Of a stretch of 64,000 bases of DNA, positions 34,465 to 44,197 are shown one piece after another (the first letter of the stretch is position 1; each line of letters begins with the position of its first letter). Position numbers and translations under genes: made by a program. Location: the IMG/VR virus record IMGVR_UViG_3300045051_000172, positions 32,001-96,000 of that record; one strand, written 5' to 3'. This stretch comes from a virus. The notes beneath the pieces are model-generated. The model was given only the letters and a program-made list of their open reading frames with translations. It made no database searches and was not told where the DNA came from.

Positions 34465-37156
34465 AGATCATCAATACGTCAACACAGAAGCCAAGTTAGC
34501 TAAGTTGGATCAAATCCTCATGGATGGGGATTCTCCTCGATTCAGTGTCCTCGCGTTCGATACAGAATCAAACGGGGTTGAATTTCACGAGAAGGTTGTC
34601 ATTGGATTTTCCATTGCAACTGATCGCTACCACGGATATTACGTTCCCCTCCTTGAATGGAAGAGAGACGAAACTTTCTTTAAGAAAGATAAAAAGTTCG
34701 GGGAACTGGGTTCCATAGATGTATTTCCCAAAGGCAATTTAGTTGATGTTTGGACTGGAGAAGTTCTACCAGAGTTCGTAACTTCCAAAGAATGGAAGAT
34801 GCCCGAGATGATTCGAGGGTTCTTAGAGCGTTGGACTAAAACCAACCTCATTATGCACAACGCGGCCTTTGACTGTAACATTGTTGCGTATAATACCGGG
34901 ATCGACCTTACACCCAATCTGTTCTGTGACACTATTCTTTTGAAACATGCCATCGATGAAAATCCCCCTCATGGTTTGAAAGAAGTTGCCAGTTCCTGGA
35001 AGAAAGAAATTGGATTTAATCCAGACGAAGACGCAGCTTCTGAAATGAAAGAACTTGGAGTTTCGATCATTCGCAATGGAGGAAAGTTCTCCAAGATGAT
35101 TCGATTTGTCTGGAGAGGCGACGGACCCTTGGTAGCCAAGTATGCTGCAGCCGATGCCGCGCTCACATTCGGAGTCTACGAAGTTGGACTTCAAAAGTTT
35201 CAAGAAGCATTCACTCCGAAGCACTTAGATTGGTTCTTTGGTAAAGAAATTATGCCTCTGGCTCGCGAAGTCGTAATTCCTATGACTTGTGGGGGAATGT
35301 ACATCGACTCCCAATACTATAAAGAACTCATTGAGGAAACTGAAAAGATTCTGCTCCGACTAGAAGACGAGGCAATCAATGCCCTGGGCCCTATGGCTTA
35401 CGAATGTCCTTATGGAGATGAACCTGAGAAGGCCGTTTCTAAGAAGGCTTTAAATGAAAAGATTTTAGAACTTGAAGGTCTCACCTACCCTACGATTACC
35501 AAAAAGGGAGAGACGAAACAAAGTCTAGCCAAAGATGCAATTAAGTTAGCTTACGAGTCCACTGGACATTGGTTCTATGAATACCTCCTCGGAGAGGGAA
35601 CCATGAGGTACTCCGATCAAAAATTGGAAGATCTCAAGGATGAAATCTATTACGAAGAAAATGAAAAGGCTCGCCCCAGATACAAATTCAATATCCGATC
35701 TGGGAAGCAACTGAGATGGGTTCTGTTCGATAAGCTTGGAAACAATGCAGCGGACTTCCCTCAGACGGACAAGGCCACAGATGAAAACCCAGAAGCTTCT
35801 CTCGCGGGAGAAATCCTAGAGGAACACTTCAAGGGTAAGTACGAATTCATCAATCCAATTATTAAATATTTGAAATTACACAAGATGATTTCAACTTATG
35901 CCAAACCTCTGTTCAAGAAACAGCACGGCGGCTACGTCCACATGGACATGCGTCAATACGGTACAACTTCCGGACGATTCGCCTGCCGACGCCCGAACAT
36001 GCAAAACCTCCCCGCCGTCAAAGATTTCGGTATATGTGGTTCTTGTGAGTCTAAGAACGTCACAGTTGAGAACCCAGCCATGCTTCTTGCCAATATAAAA
36101 TGCAAAGATTGCGGGCATGAAGTATTCGAAGTTCGAGACCCCTCGGCAATCAAGAAGGGCTTTATTGCCCCTCCAGGACAAAAGATCGTCAATGCCGACT
36201 TTGAGTCTCTGGAACCTAAATGCTTTGCATTCATGAGCGGAGACGAAGGTTTGAAGGCGGTTTATAAACAAGGTCTGGATCTTTACTCCAAAGTTTACTG
36301 CGATATGTTCGACCCGAAGTTCGAGAAGTATTCAGCAAGTAAAAAAGATCCCAACTACCTCGGCAAGGTTGCTCCTGATAAACGTAAGGAAATTAAGCCC
36401 ATAGTATTGGGAATTCCTTACGGAGAAGATGATTGGAAAGTAGCGGATACTCTCGGTCTTAAGATTAAGAAAAGATTTTTCAATGAAGCTCTTCGAACCT
36501 GGGAAGAAAAAGAAATCGTAGATGTAGAAAAAGGAAACTTCTATCGAACTCTGTACCTAGAGGCCTATCCCAGACTCAAAGATTATATGTACCAATGTGA
36601 GTTTGATGCTTTGAACCTGGGCTATGTTGAGACGCTCGTAGGCCGCCGAAGACACTTTAAAGTGGCCCCAGCGATGAACAAACTGTTCTTGCACTACGGT
36701 GTTGGATTTCAGGAATTCATGAAGCTTTCGAATTCCAAGTTGAAATGGTCGACTCCAAGAGATCTTCCTTTCACTAAAGAGGATCTGTTCAATGTTTGCA
36801 CGGATTCCGGCATACCCTACTACATTGTCAAAGAAAATGACAACTGGGCATTCTTGAAATCGAAGCTCAAGAACGAGCTGAACAATGCCAAAAACTTCCC
36901 AATTCAAGGTCTAGCGGCCCATATAACCAATACTGCGATGATTGACATTATGAGAGCTTTTAGGCAGAATGGCATTGATGGCTACGTTTGTTGCCAAGTC
37001 CATGACGAAATCACTTGTTACGTTCGAGAAGATCAAGCGCAACAAGCTAAAGAGATCGTTCAGGAATGTATGGAGCGAAATGAAGTGACGGCCCTTTTGG
37101 ATATACCAATGAGAGCTGAACCTTTGATTGCAAACAACCTCAAGGAAGCGAAATGA
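34451..37156 (+). CDS. polA: Family A DNA polymerase with 3'-5' exonuclease
   Basis: Exo I 'FDTES', Exo II 'HNAAFD', Exo III 'YAAAD', 'TTSGRF...PNMQNLP', motif A 'ADFESLEPK', motif B 'RKEIKPIVLGIPYG', motif C 'QVHDEI'. Confidence 0.93.
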   Translation: MVKFEDHQYVNTEAKLAKLDQILMDGDSPRFSVLAFDTESNGVEFHEKVVIGFSIATDRYHGYYVPLLEWKRDETFFKKDKKFGELGSIDVFPKGNLVDVWTGEVLPEFVTSKEWKMPEMIRGFLERWTKTNLIMHNAAFDCNIVAYNTGIDLTPNLFCDTILLKHAIDENPPHGLKEVASSWKKEIGFNPDEDAASEMKELGVSIIRNGGKFSKMIRFVWRGDGPLVAKYAAADAALTFGVYEVGLQKFQEAFTPKHLDWFFGKEIMPLAREVVIPMTCGGMYIDSQYYKELIEETEKILLRLEDEAINALGPMAYECPYGDEPEKAVSKKALNEKILELEGLTYPTITKKGETKQSLAKDAIKLAYESTGHWFYEYLLGEGTMRYSDQKLEDLKDEIYYEENEKARPRYKFNIRSGKQLRWVLFDKLGNNAADFPQTDKATDENPEASLAGEILEEHFKGKYEFINPIIKYLKLHKMISTYAKPLFKKQHGGYVHMDMRQYGTTSGRFACRRPNMQNLPAVKDFGICGSCESKNVTVENPAMLLANIKCKDCGHEVFEVRDPSAIKKGFIAPPGQKIVNADFESLEPKCFAFMSGDEGLKAVYKQGLDLYSKVYCDMFDPKFEKYSASKKDPNYLGKVAPDKRKEIKPIVLGIPYGEDDWKVADTLGLKIKKRFFNEALRTWEEKEIVDVEKGNFYRTLYLEAYPRLKDYMYQCEFDALNLGYVETLVGRRRHFKVAPAMNKLFLHYGVGFQEFMKLSNSKLKWSTPRDLPFTKEDLFNVCTDSGIPYYIVKENDNWAFLKSKLKNELNNAKNFPIQGLAAHITNTAMIDIMRAFRQNGIDGYVCCQVHDEITCYVREDQAQQAKEIVQECMERNEVTALLDIPMRAEPLIANNLKEAK

Positions 37157-37419
37157 GAAAATTCATTATCAATTCAGGTTTGATCTACGCTTTTCCCATA
37201 GTTATGTCTTTGGGAGGGGTAATACTCAGTATTAGTGCAGTTCTGGCGATCAACGCAATCTTCATGGATAACGAACACCTAGTCGCCAAACTTCTTAGCT
37301 TTGCAATTGGATCTTTCGGAGCCACTTATTGCATCCGAGCCACTATGAATATGTTTGAAGAAATTCCTGAAATTCGACGTTTACAAAAAGTCCTAGATGA
37401 CATGGAGAAACGAATATGA
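37153..37419 (+). CDS. Two-TM membrane protein
   Basis: Two hydrophobic helices; ATGA overlaps. Confidence 0.55.
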   Translation: MRKFIINSGLIYAFPIVMSLGGVILSISAVLAINAIFMDNEHLVAKLLSFAIGSFGATYCIRATMNMFEEIPEIRRLQKVLDDMEKRI

Positions 37420-38078
37420 TCTTTATCGCATTCACTGGAGTAAAAGGTTCTGGAAAAACTACCGCAAGCGGATTCTTAAAAGAACTCGTACCAGACATGC
37501 AAGAGGTCACGTTGGCAAAGCGTCTCAAAGATGCCTCTTCTGTGGTGCTCGGAATCCCTCGTGATGACTTTGACAATCCCGCCGTAAAGGAAAAAGAATT
37601 GGCCACTCCAGTTTATCTGGATGAAAAAAATGTTGCTGCTCTTTTTGACTTCTTCAAAGTAACCCCAGACTACGACAAACACATTCGTCCGCATATCAGT
37701 AAGGTTCTTCATAGCCCGCGCAGAGTGGCTCAATACGTTGGTACGGAAGTTCTTCGAAACTTCGACGAAGATATTCATTGCACCGGAGCCGTCATAGATG
37801 TGACCGAAGGCGGAATCTACGTCGTAACTGACATGAGATTCACCGGAGAGTACGATTTCTTCAAAACTCGTTACGGAACAAATTTCTATCCCTACTACAT
37901 TCAAAACGGTTTGGCTGAGAAGAAGGTGGACAATCATCCATCAGAAATGCAAGTCTTTGAAGTCGCCAAAAAATGTGTCAAGTTGGACAATAATGGAACC
38001 CTAGAAGATTTGAGAAATAGAGTCTCTCAAGTTTATCAAGAAGTTATGAATACGAGACTCAGCAAAGTTGGAGGATAA
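37416..38078 (+). CDS. Deoxynucleoside monophosphate kinase (T4 gp1-like)
   Basis: P-loop 'FTGVKGSGKTT', 'AQYVGTEVLR', 'VTDMRFTGE'. Confidence 0.8.
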   Translation: MIFIAFTGVKGSGKTTASGFLKELVPDMQEVTLAKRLKDASSVVLGIPRDDFDNPAVKEKELATPVYLDEKNVAALFDFFKVTPDYDKHIRPHISKVLHSPRRVAQYVGTEVLRNFDEDIHCTGAVIDVTEGGIYVVTDMRFTGEYDFFKTRYGTNFYPYYIQNGLAEKKVDNHPSEMQVFEVAKKCVKLDNNGTLEDLRNRVSQVYQEVMNTRLSKVGG

Positions 38079-38082
38079 ATTT

Positions 38083-38523
38083 ATGGATAATCTTAAATTA
38101 ATTGGACTCGGAATTGTTTTAGTGATTGCCGGATATGGAATCGGATACTTCGCCGCTCCGGATAAAATCAAGATCGAAGAAAAGATCATTGAAAAAGAAA
38201 AAACGGTCAAGGAAGAAAATAAGAAAGTCACCGAAGAGTACGATCCGAACACTGGGAAGGTGACCAAACGAATTGAAGAGACCGGCAAAAAGGAAACGAA
38301 CACAAATTCCACTCAGAAGGATAAGACCACAGAGAAGGAAAAGACCCGCAAGATGTGGGCCCTTAAAGGCGGAGTTGCTTTAGATCCCCGCAAAGACATG
38401 AAGTTGACTCCTAGAGTCGGGGGCGAAGTAAGGCTTCCTATTTTTAACAGTTGGGTTGGAGTTGAAGCCGACATAAATATCGACCGACCGTTGGTTGGTG
38501 CGTACCTCAGATTGGAGTTCTAA
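38083..38523 (+). CDS. Envelope protein: N-terminal TM, charged linker, four C-terminal beta strands ending in Phe (start moved to ATG 38083)
   Basis: GGAGGA RBS; hydrophobic N-terminus; alternating amphipathic strands ending 'VGAYLRLEF'. Confidence 0.55.
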   Translation: MDNLKLIGLGIVLVIAGYGIGYFAAPDKIKIEEKIIEKEKTVKEENKKVTEEYDPNTGKVTKRIEETGKKETNTNSTQKDKTTEKEKTRKMWALKGGVALDPRKDMKLTPRVGGEVRLPIFNSWVGVEADINIDRPLVGAYLRLEF

Positions 38524-38524
38524 T

Positions 38525-38914
38525 ATGGAATTGCAAGAGATTAAAGGAAAAGTAATGCCGTTCTTGGAAAAGATTTTAACCAAGACCCGAACCTCGGAGC
38601 AATCAGAAGAGCTTTCAAATGAGTTCATCATTGTTCGATCTCTTCTCGCAGATGAATATGAAGCTGCTGAACGATTAGCCGGAGCCTTGGAAGCTGAAAA
38701 GAAAGCTACCTACGCTCAAGCAGTATTCGCCTCTGGGGAAAAAACGGCAGGCCTAAAAGAATATGATGCAGATCGAAATGAATCCGTCGTTCAGATTCGA
38801 GCCGCAGTTGCTGAAGCTAATTCCCGAATGAACTGGCTTGAGAATCATTTGAAGATTTTTAATGACGCTACTGTTGGATTCAGACAAAAGGCAGATCGTC
38901 AAGGGAGAACCTAA
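38525..38914 (+). CDS. Helical protein upstream of the recombinase (UvsY-like mediator candidate; start moved to ATG 38525)
   Basis: 129 aa, coiled-coil pattern, adjacent to the RecA-like gene. Confidence 0.4.
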   Translation: MELQEIKGKVMPFLEKILTKTRTSEQSEELSNEFIIVRSLLADEYEAAERLAGALEAEKKATYAQAVFASGEKTAGLKEYDADRNESVVQIRAAVAEANSRMNWLENHLKIFNDATVGFRQKADRQGRT

Positions 38915-39873
38915 TGGACTTGAAAGACACAATTGCAAAGCTCCGAGAAGGCATCAATAAAGATCTAGGTAAGAAGGTAGCGCTCGATTTAAACGTCGAA
39001 GACCTTCTTCAAGTAGACCAATGGATCAACATGCCAGACTGGTTTACGTTCTTGACCGGCAAAGGAACAGGTATCCCATGTGGTCATTTCGGCCAAGTTA
39101 TCGGTGAACCTGATTCGGGCAAAACTTCCCTGATTATCGCAATGATGATTGCCTGCCAAAAACAAGGCGGGGTTGTCTTCATGATTGATTCTGAACACAA
39201 ATTTCCAGTAGATCGATTTGTACGCTTCGGTGGACAGAAAGAACTTCTTCTCCCTCTCGTAGCGGATACCTTGGAAGAAGCCTGGACTAACTTCGACGCG
39301 GTTATTGAACAAGTGAAAGTCCTTCGCAAGAAAGACCCTACAATGCCAATCCTGCTTGTTTGGGATAGTATTGCAGCTTCAGTTCCGGATGCGATTAAAG
39401 AATCCGAAGCTGGACAAGCCCACGTTGCGGTTCAAGCCAAGATCAACAATCAGCAGGTCATTAAGTTTCGCCAAGAAGTTCGAAAGAACAATATTGCCGC
39501 AGTGCTTATCAACCACAGTTATTTTGAAATGAATGGGTATGGCGCTCCGAAAGAAATTTTAAAAGGTGGAAAAGAACTCACCTTCCATAGTACCTACGTC
39601 ATCAAGGCAGCCAAGATGGGCTGGATTGATCGTGAGAAAGATGGACGTAAACAAATTATTGGAGTCAAAACCAAGCTTTCTCCCTACAAGAATCACTTAA
39701 GTGACCTTAAGGGAGTTTCTGAAATCGCAATGATCGGGGATACGATTTGTTTCTTAGACGACACGGACGCTATCAAAGCTACAAGAGAGAGAATCGACGA
39801 GATCTTCTCTGGCATCAAGGTGGACACCGTTGAAGAGAAAGAAGCAGCAGAGAACCTCAGAAAGAAAAAATAA
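38914..39873 (+). CDS. RecA/UvsX-like recombinase
   Basis: 'GIPCGHFGQVIGEPDSGKTSL', 'IDSEH', Walker B 'LVWDSIAA', 'GGKELTFHST'. Confidence 0.85.
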   Translation: MDLKDTIAKLREGINKDLGKKVALDLNVEDLLQVDQWINMPDWFTFLTGKGTGIPCGHFGQVIGEPDSGKTSLIIAMMIACQKQGGVVFMIDSEHKFPVDRFVRFGGQKELLLPLVADTLEEAWTNFDAVIEQVKVLRKKDPTMPILLVWDSIAASVPDAIKESEAGQAHVAVQAKINNQQVIKFRQEVRKNNIAAVLINHSYFEMNGYGAPKEILKGGKELTFHSTYVIKAAKMGWIDREKDGRKQIIGVKTKLSPYKNHLSDLKGVSEIAMIGDTICFLDDTDAIKATRERIDEIFSGIKVDTVEEKEAAENLRKKK

Positions 39874-40841
39874 TGTTTTCTTTAAGAGAAGAACCTATCA
39901 TTTGCGGAGATCCGCACAATAGGCTTAATGAACTTCCTAAGGCCAACTTGTTGTACGACATGCTGGAAGCCTTTCATCGTGACGTAATTCATCTGGGGGA
40001 CATCTTCCACACAAAAGAGAAACTTAGTTCGAAGACTTTGAATCTTGTTTACCGCAAATTAAAGGCCTCGAAACTCAATCACGTTATCTTGGTTGGGAAT
40101 CACGATTGGCACTCTCTTGAATGCACTGAACACTCGCTTGAACTTTTTAAAGACCTCCCGAATGTCTTAGTTGTGGACAAGCCCACTATTCTTCCAGTTG
40201 GGAATAGAGCTGCATTATTCCTTCCGTATTATCATGATTTGCAAAAGTTTAAGAATGCTTTGACTTTCCCTAAAAGAGAGAAGACTCCTTGTAGTGTCTT
40301 ATTCATGCATCAAGGAGTTACTGGCTTTGATTATGGAAACGGATTCATAGCAGTTGATGAACTTGATTTTGAGGCCGTCTCTGGATTTGTAAAGGTTATT
40401 TCCGGGCATTTCCACAAGTATCAAGAAAAAGGAAATCTCGTATACCTTGGTACGCCCTACACTCAAGACCATGGAGAATCCAATCAAAAGAAATTTTTAG
40501 GAATTCTCAAGCCAGACCTATCCCTTGAGTTGATTGAAACTGATTCAGTTTTCCCAAAACACACTACTCACACGCTTCAATGCCCAGTGACTGAATTTCC
40601 AGATATCTCGAAACCTGGATATTACCGTTTCATCCTCACTGGATCTCAAGAGGCGGTAGATGCTTTTCCCAAGGATCAATTTCCAGGAGTCAAAATTATT
40701 CCCCGTCCCAACGTGTCTGCAAATACTCTTAAGTTGACGGAGAAGCTTTCGAACGAAGGTAAGTTTCAGTTATGGGCTAAAGACAAGTTAGATAACGAGA
40801 CAACCAAGTTGGGATTAGAACTTCTGTCGGAGGTCAAATGA
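39873..40841 (+). CDS. SbcD/Mre11/gp47-like nuclease
   Basis: 'CGDPH', 'LGDIFH', 'VGNHD', 'SGHFH', 'YLGTP'; adjacent to the SbcC-like ATPase. Confidence 0.85.
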   Translation: MFSLREEPIICGDPHNRLNELPKANLLYDMLEAFHRDVIHLGDIFHTKEKLSSKTLNLVYRKLKASKLNHVILVGNHDWHSLECTEHSLELFKDLPNVLVVDKPTILPVGNRAALFLPYYHDLQKFKNALTFPKREKTPCSVLFMHQGVTGFDYGNGFIAVDELDFEAVSGFVKVISGHFHKYQEKGNLVYLGTPYTQDHGESNQKKFLGILKPDLSLELIETDSVFPKHTTHTLQCPVTEFPDISKPGYYRFILTGSQEAVDAFPKDQFPGVKIIPRPNVSANTLKLTEKLSNEGKFQLWAKDKLDNETTKLGLELLSEVK

Positions 40842-42754
40842 TTGCCTCAGTTCGCGCTAAGAATTTATTTTCATTTAAAGAGCTTGAGGTCCCCTTCGAG
40901 CCCGGCATTACTATGTATGAGGGATTCAACCATGACGATGGAACTGAGGAGGCCGTAGGAAAATCTTCGATTCTGAATATCGTTTCATGGGTTCTATATG
41001 GCGAAATTCCCAAAGATGTAAAGATTGACGATGTAGTTCGCATTGGAGAGAAGAGCGGATCGGGAATGGTCGATCTTAAAAACGGATTCTCGGTCTTTCG
41101 ATCAAGAAGACCAAATGATCTTTACTTATTCGATTCGGCTACTCAAGAGAAGATCAAAGGTAAGGACGCCAAAGAAACTCAAGAAATGATTATCCAAAAG
41201 GTTGGAATGAGTTTTAAGACTTTTTGTCAAGCAGTTTATTTTGCTCAGAATTATCCAAATAAGTTTATTACGGCTACGGAAGAAGACAAGGCTAAGATTT
41301 TAGCTGAGATTGATGACTTAAGTCAGTTCGACCGGGCCCGCAAAGAGGCTACTCAGAAAGTTAAGACTTTAGAAGCGGAATTATCGACTACAGCATTAAA
41401 GCTGTCTCATGCGATTCAATCCAGGGACACGGCCCAGCAACAAGTGACTTCTTTGAGAAAGCTGATCTCAGTTCAAGCTCAAGAGAGGGAACAGAAGTTG
41501 GCCAAGCTCACGGAAGATCTTAAGTCGGCTGAATCTTTAGTAGAGGCCCGAGAGAATTCCTTGAAGTCCATGGAAGAGAGTTTGACGGATCTTCAGGCCG
41601 AGAAGGATCATATCAATTCGGCTACGCCAGTGATTACTTCCAAGAAATATGAAATCGAAAGATCCCTGAAAGAGGTAGATGCCTTAAAGATTAAAGTCAT
41701 GAGAGCTAAGGAAAAAGAGAAGGCCGCTGCGAGAGCCGCAGAACTCCTCAATTCTAAGATCATGAAACTTCAGACCCCAGTAAAGGGTCAATCTTGCCCA
41801 ACTTGTGGTACTGATCTATCAAAGGCTGATGAAGCCACATTGAACAAACATATCGAGGAATTGAAGCTGGCCTTTCAAGAGAAAGATAAAGAGACTTTAG
41901 CCGCCTCTCAGGAAGCGTATGAATTAGAAGCTTCCATCCCGGATACGGAAGAATCTAAAGGTTTGATTGAACAATTGAATTCTGATTTCAAATTGCTAAT
42001 GGATCGAGGACGAGAAATTGATAAAGCTTTAATGGATGTTCAAAAAGCCGCGTATGAGCTTGAAATGCTTAGAAAGTCCGTTTCGAATATTTCGAATGAT
42101 CTTCAAAAGTCAGAAACTTCAATTCAATCAGAAGAGACTCAAAAGCTTCTCTCAGAGGCTGAGTACCAGCAATCTAAGTTTATCTTGGATGCAGAAAGAC
42201 TGGAAGACGAGAAATCGAAGGTTTCTTCCGATCTCGCTAAATATTCTGCCCTTAAAGACGCTTTCAAAGAAGTGAAGTCTTTCGCCTTTAGAAATACCTT
42301 GGCGGAGCTTACTCACAAATCTAATTTCTATATGTCTCAACTCTTTAATCAAGAAGTTCGAATTGAATTCTCAAATGAAGGGGACGCTGGAGAATTATCG
42401 AAAATCCTTTGCAAGGTTTCCATCGATGGAGATGAACGACCGTTGGGTCTTTACTCCGGAGGACAGTTCCGCAGAATTCAACTATCCGTTGACTTAGCCT
42501 TATCCGATTTGATTTCAAGCAGAAACCAGGGTAATCTTGGAATTCGATTCTTTGATGAATATTTCAAGGATCTTAGCGAAACTAGCATGGAGAACTGTCT
42601 CCGTTTGTTCCAGACTTTAAAAGGGACTACGATTCTAATCGAGCACAATAGCCTGTTCAAAAGTATCGTAAACCAGACAGTCCACATTGAATTAACCGAC
42701 GGCGTGTCGAGAATAGTAGAATCAGAGTATGGCTCTAAGATATTGGAAATGTAA
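40838..42754 (+). CDS. SbcC/Rad50/gp46-like ABC ATPase
   Basis: 'GKSS' Walker A, long coiled coil with zinc hook 'CPTCG', signature 'YSGGQ', Walker B 'FFDE', 'IEHN'. Confidence 0.88.
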   Translation: MIASVRAKNLFSFKELEVPFEPGITMYEGFNHDDGTEEAVGKSSILNIVSWVLYGEIPKDVKIDDVVRIGEKSGSGMVDLKNGFSVFRSRRPNDLYLFDSATQEKIKGKDAKETQEMIIQKVGMSFKTFCQAVYFAQNYPNKFITATEEDKAKILAEIDDLSQFDRARKEATQKVKTLEAELSTTALKLSHAIQSRDTAQQQVTSLRKLISVQAQEREQKLAKLTEDLKSAESLVEARENSLKSMEESLTDLQAEKDHINSATPVITSKKYEIERSLKEVDALKIKVMRAKEKEKAAARAAELLNSKIMKLQTPVKGQSCPTCGTDLSKADEATLNKHIEELKLAFQEKDKETLAASQEAYELEASIPDTEESKGLIEQLNSDFKLLMDRGREIDKALMDVQKAAYELEMLRKSVSNISNDLQKSETSIQSEETQKLLSEAEYQQSKFILDAERLEDEKSKVSSDLAKYSALKDAFKEVKSFAFRNTLAELTHKSNFYMSQLFNQEVRIEFSNEGDAGELSKILCKVSIDGDERPLGLYSGGQFRRIQLSVDLALSDLISSRNQGNLGIRFFDEYFKDLSETSMENCLRLFQTLKGTTILIEHNSLFKSIVNQTVHIELTDGVSRIVESEYGSKILEM

Positions 42755-43043
42755 TAAATGCGAAGAAGTGATTCGCAGCCTGGAAGACGGGCCTACGCAT
42801 TGTGAACTCCCCATGGAGATGCAATTGGTTGCGCCCAAAGCCAAATTCATGGAGCCGAGACATAAAGCCAAGGGTAAGTCGGTTCTTAAAGATCAGAACA
42901 AAATGCTTAAGGCCAGAACCCGAGAACATACTCGGGATTTCGAACTTGATGAACTCATTGCCAACAATAGTTTGGACATGGCCAAAAAGAACAAATGGAT
43001 TACGGACAAAGGAAAACGAAGGACTAGGATCGATGACTTATGA
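42729..43043 (+). CDS. Small zinc-ribbon protein
   Basis: 'YWKCNKC...PTHCELPM'. Confidence 0.55.
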   Translation: MALRYWKCNKCEEVIRSLEDGPTHCELPMEMQLVAPKAKFMEPRHKAKGKSVLKDQNKMLKARTREHTRDFELDELIANNSLDMAKKNKWITDKGKRRTRIDDL

Positions 43044-43663
43044 AGAAATATCTCCTAGCTTTAGATTTGTCTACCAATTCCACCGGATGGGCTCTGTTTA
43101 ACACCGAGTCCAAAGTGCTCGTAGAATTTGGAGTCTTGAAGCCCTCTCTTAAGGGGATCAGCAAATTAGTTTATCCAAAACTGCAACTCATGAAAATCAA
43201 AGCCTTCTCAGCAGAAGTTGCAGATCTCGTCAAAAGATTCAAAAACGATCTTCAATCTATTGTGGTTGAGGAAATCAACATGGGCCGCAATCGTATGGGC
43301 CAGAAGACCCTAGACGCCTTCCACTTCTTCGTAATGGATGCCCTCGGGGGAATGATTGATTTGGTAGTTTATCGGGACTCAGACGGGGCCGACGGCTGGC
43401 GCAGGCAACTGGGTCACTTATTGACCGATGCAGATAAAGAGAAAAATAAGCAAGCAAGACTCGACAATAAGAAACTTCGTCAAAAAGATCAAATAGTTAT
43501 CCTGACTAAAAAACATGTCACTGCTCGCTGGGTGAACAAAAAGTTCAATAAAAACTTCAACATAGACGAAAACGCATCGGACAACGATATATGTGATGCC
43601 ATAGGACTTGGTTGGGCCGGTTTGGAAAAACTGACAGCAAATCAAGGACTTATGCGGGATTGA
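43040..43663 (+). CDS. RuvC-like Holliday junction resolvase
   Basis: RNase H-fold acidic residues 'LALDLSTNSTGW', 'IVVEE', 'DICDAIG'. Confidence 0.78.
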   Translation: MKKYLLALDLSTNSTGWALFNTESKVLVEFGVLKPSLKGISKLVYPKLQLMKIKAFSAEVADLVKRFKNDLQSIVVEEINMGRNRMGQKTLDAFHFFVMDALGGMIDLVVYRDSDGADGWRRQLGHLLTDADKEKNKQARLDNKKLRQKDQIVILTKKHVTARWVNKKFNKNFNIDENASDNDICDAIGLGWAGLEKLTANQGLMRD

Positions 43664-43708
43664 CCTGACAAAGAATCCTTGGTACATTGTATATTGAGGT
43701 AGTAGAGA

Positions 43709-44197
43709 ATGGCTGACGATAATAAAAAATTCTCAACTGAAGATCGGGCTGAATATTTGGGCCAGGGAGTAGAGTGGCTGCTCAAGATCGGCTATTTGGA
43801 ATCTCCTGACGTTCAGATCGCTCTGACGGCGAATATCTACCGGGTATCCGAGCGCATTGAGGACGCCTCGCTGGTTGCTGACACCGAGCAACAAAAACTT
43901 TTGGTTTATCTGAAACTCAGTCCAATTCCGGAACCCCGCCTTTACAATAAGGTTTTTTCTTTCATTCGAAACATCTTTGGGATGGAAAGAACCGGCATTG
44001 ACGATTTGACCCAAGAAGAGGTTGGATCTTTAGTCGCGGATATGATTCATCAAGTTTTGCCAGATTACGAACTCAGAGTTATTTTTGACCACGCTCTTTA
44101 TTTGAAGGCCAAGGATATGTCCGAAAAGCTTCAAAAAATCCGAGCGGAGACTTTGCTTATGAGAGATAAAGCAAAAGCTAAGGAAAAGAAAACATGA
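43709..44197 (+). CDS. Hypothetical protein
   Basis: 162 aa; GAGGT RBS; promoter-like TGgTACATT upstream. Confidence 0.6.
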   Translation: MADDNKKFSTEDRAEYLGQGVEWLLKIGYLESPDVQIALTANIYRVSERIEDASLVADTEQQKLLVYLKLSPIPEPRLYNKVFSFIRNIFGMERTGIDDLTQEEVGSLVADMIHQVLPDYELRVIFDHALYLKAKDMSEKLQKIRAETLLMRDKAKAKEKKT

